DNA of 43,322 nucleotides from a virus: IMG/VR virus record IMGVR_UViG_3300045988_014780, positions 1 to 43,322 of that record; one strand, 5' to 3'. Shown piece by piece: positions 41,353 to 43,322 of this stretch (position 1 is its first letter; each line of letters starts with the position of its first letter). The notes under the pieces were generated by a model. It saw only the letters and a program-made list of their open reading frames with translations, ran no database searches and was not told where the DNA came from. The position numbers and the translations under genes were made by a program.

Positions 41353-41737
41353 ATGTTTTTTGCTGGGCCGGATGACGAAAGACCCGGAAATCAGACGGAC
41401 AAACGGTGGGACGGCTGTCACATCCTTTACACTGGCCGTAGACCGGGACTTCAAGAACAACGGGGAGAAGGAGACGGACTTCATTGAAGTGGTTGCGTGG
41501 CGCAACACGGCAGAGTTTGTCTCGAAATACTTCTCCAAGGGCCGTATGGCGATTGTAGAGGGGCGGTTACAGATCAGAGAGTGGACGGACAAGAGTGGGA
41601 ACAAGCGCCGTACAGCGGAGGTTGTGGCCGACAACGTGTACTTCGGAGACTCCAAGAAGGAGAACAAGGAGGCGCCGGAATACAAGCAGGCTGATTTTGC
41701 GGTAATCTCGGAGGAAGACGGCGATCTTCCGTTTTGA
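41342..41737 (+). CDS. ssb: Single-stranded DNA-binding protein
   Basis: 131 aa. OB-fold pattern MLNKCFLLGRMTKDPEIRRT..G.AVTSFTLAV.R...TDFIEVVAWR..AE and acidic tip EEDGDLPF. Confidence 0.95.
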   Translation: MLNKCFLLGRMTKDPEIRRTNGGTAVTSFTLAVDRDFKNNGEKETDFIEVVAWRNTAEFVSKYFSKGRMAIVEGRLQIREWTDKSGNKRRTAEVVADNVYFGDSKKENKEAPEYKQADFAVISEEDGDLPF

Positions 41738-41746
41738 GGTGACACG

Positions 41747-42370
41747 ATGGCCAGAAACTATGCTGCGCTCCCATGGGAATACAAAAGGGAGATGTCTGCA
41801 CTCAACGATGCAGAGTTCGGTCGGCTGTGCAGGGCTTTGCTGGAATACAGCGAGTCAGGGACGCCGATAGCACTTTGTGGCAATGAGCGGTTTTTTGCCG
41901 AACGTGTCATGATGCAGGAGGACCGTTTTAGGGAGTCCTATACCACCAAGGCGGAGAAAAACAGAGAAAATGGGGTTAAGGGCGGGAGGCCTAAGAAAAC
42001 CGAAAAAAACCCAAAGAAACCCAACTTAACCCAAAAAACCGAAACCGAAACCAAAACCGATACTATCTCTCCTAACGGAGAGAATAAATCCCCCCTATCG
42101 TCCCCCCAGGGGGAACGGTTTGACAGGTTTTGGGCTTTGTACCCAAACAAAACCGGGAAAAAGAAAGCCAGGGAGTCTTGGGAGAAACTGAAACCGTCAG
42201 AAGAGCTGACAGAAACCATTTTGGCTGCCGTTTCCAAACAGAAGCTATGGCCAAAGTGGCAGAAAGACGGAGGACAATATATCCCAAATCCCGCCACTTG
42301 GCTAAACCAGGGGAGATGGGAAGATGAACCACCCGAAGGAGGAGAAGATCCATTTGCCAAGTTTACCTGA
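41747..42370 (+). CDS. Putative replication organiser (DUF6291-like N-terminus, W-rich C-terminal domain)
   Basis: 207 aa. FWALYPNKTGKKKARESWEKL...QYIPNPATWLNQGRWEDE is typical of phage replication-module proteins. Sits upstream of the helicase. Confidence 0.4.
   Translation: MARNYAALPWEYKREMSALNDAEFGRLCRALLEYSESGTPIALCGNERFFAERVMMQEDRFRESYTTKAEKNRENGVKGGRPKKTEKNPKKPNLTQKTETETKTDTISPNGENKSPLSSPQGERFDRFWALYPNKTGKKKARESWEKLKPSEELTETILAAVSKQKLWPKWQKDGGQYIPNPATWLNQGRWEDEPPEGGEDPFAKFT
41993..42060. repeat. A/C-rich iteron-like tract (AAACC(G/C)AAA units) inside the organiser gene: candidate origin
   Basis: Read directly: aaaaccgaaaaaaacccaaagaaacccaacttaacccaaaaaaccgaaaccgaaaccaaaaccga. Confidence 0.3.
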
Positions 42371-43322
42371 TACCTCCCGTTGGCTGCTCTACGACGAGAC
42401 CGCCATGGACACCCGGAAAACGCTGTGGTTCGTGGCGGACGCCCAGGATGTGACAGCCCTGGACAACCAGAACGCCGTTTGCCTTGCCTATGGGGCGGGC
42501 TTTGAGAACTTCCGGGATGCGGAGCCGTTTCTGAGTTCCTTCCCATCTGTGTTCCTGGCTCTGTCCGACCGTGATACGGCGGAAGCCGTGGTGGACGCCC
42601 TCAAAGAATACGCGCCATCTGTGGCTGTGCTGCTGCCGAAGGAAGGGGCCTTCGGGAAATGTTCCCGTATCCGGGAGGTGCTGGCTTCCGGCGGGAGAAA
42701 GGCCGTGGATCATCTGTTGCTGGGGGCCGTGGAACAGCCCATGGACGGACTGCTGGACCTGGCGGACGTGGAGCGGAGGGACCCCGGCGCATCCGTCGCC
42801 GTCATGTCCGGTCTAAAAGCACTGGACCAGTCCATCGGAGGCTTTGCCCCATCGGAGCTGTCTGTGTGGACTGGAAAGCGCGGCAGCGGCAAGTCCACGC
42901 TGCTGTCCCAGCTGCTTCTAAACGCCATCGACCAGGGCTTCCCGGTCTGCGCATACTCCGGGGAGCTGTCGGCCTGGCGCTTCAAGCAGTGGGCCATGCT
43001 ACAGGCCGCCGGGGCCGGGCATATCGAGCCGAAGCGGGACCCGGTGTCCGGGAAGCTGTATTACTACACGCCGAAGGAGATCGCGGACCGGATCGACGGT
43101 TGGTGGAAGGGGAAGTTTTTCCTGTACGACAACCGGGTGGCCGGTGCTGGGGACGAGGACAGCATCATTTCCGTGTTCGAGTATGCCGTTCGCCGGTTCG
43201 GCTGCTGTGTATTTCTTGTGGACAACCTGATGACCGCCCGATTCAGCGACCAGAGCGACAAAGATTTTTACCGGGCACAGAGCCGGTTTACGGGGCGGTT
43301 GGTGGAGTTCGCCAAAAAAAAC
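42324..43322 (+). CDS. Replicative helicase, N-terminal part (TOPRIM-like domain + Walker A), continues at 1-396
   Basis: My own translation from ATG 42324 (not in the ORF track because it runs off the end): ...WFVADAQDVTALDNQNAVCLAYGAG...VWTGKRGSGKSTLLSQL.... The complete gene is 431 aa. Confidence 0.8.
   Translation, partial: MNHPKEEKIHLPSLPDTSRWLLYDETAMDTRKTLWFVADAQDVTALDNQNAVCLAYGAGFENFRDAEPFLSSFPSVFLALSDRDTAEAVVDALKEYAPSVAVLLPKEGAFGKCSRIREVLASGGRKAVDHLLLGAVEQPMDGLLDLADVERRDPGASVAVMSGLKALDQSIGGFAPSELSVWTGKRGSGKSTLLSQLLLNAIDQGFPVCAYSGELSAWRFKQWAMLQAAGAGHIEPKRDPVSGKLYYYTPKEIADRIDGWWKGKFFLYDNRVAGAGDEDSIISVFEYAVRRFGCCVFLVDNLMTARFSDQSDKDFYRAQSRFTGRLVEFAKKN
43224..43322. repeat. Second copy of the 99-bp terminal overlap
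   Basis: Identical to 1-99. Confidence 0.95.

Overview
The window is a complete, circularly closed temperate phage genome. Bases 1-99 are identical to 43224-43322, so the unique length is 43,223 bp, and the linearisation point falls inside the replicative helicase gene. By gene content it is a siphovirus-like Caudoviricetes phage of a fairly GC-rich Firmicute, probably a Clostridia or Oscillospiraceae-type host that may form spores; the host call is inference only. Reading from the linearisation point, the modules are: (1) Early, replication and accessory genes on the + strand (36.4-43.2 kb, continuing at 0-8.65 kb). These include a Cro-like HTH, a pentapeptide-repeat protein, a 3D-domain wall hydrolase, two Lar-like proteins, Gp157, a Rad52-like annealase, HNH, SSB, a replication organiser, a TOPRIM/DnaB-like helicase, RusA-like, a PAPS-reductase-family enzyme, YopX and many small zinc-ribbon proteins. 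(2) Packaging and head genes (9.0-15.5 kb): terS, a PBSX-type terL, an SPP1-type portal, a gp7/Mu-F-like protein, scaffold, and an HK97-fold capsid protein with an Ig-like tail. (3) Connector and tail genes (15.5-26.2 kb), including an 809-aa tape measure protein and a 615-aa fibre. (4) Lysis genes (26.2-28.0 kb): XhlA-like, holin and an amidase_2 endolysin. (5) A terminator-bounded cargo cassette (28.1-31.8 kb). (6) attP carrying the 3' end of a tRNA (31991-32020), followed by the - strand lysogeny module: tyrosine integrase, an amber-interrupted paralogue pair, a lipoprotein, a zinc-ribbon/TM2 protein, an orphan S24-like domain, a + strand ImmA-like protease and an XRE repressor. No rRNA, intact tRNA or CRISPR array was seen. 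The best candidates for undescribed biology are: (a) the cargo cassette of low-complexity, Cys-rich and BclA-C-terminal-like proteins, which may remodel the spore surface; (b) the prophage-side trio of degenerate S24 domain, zinc-ribbon/TM2 protein and lipoprotein; (c) the pentapeptide-repeat gene, built from 17 nearly identical 15-bp units. All functional calls come from motif recognition by eye and from synteny. No searches or computations were run, and GC statements are visual estimates.
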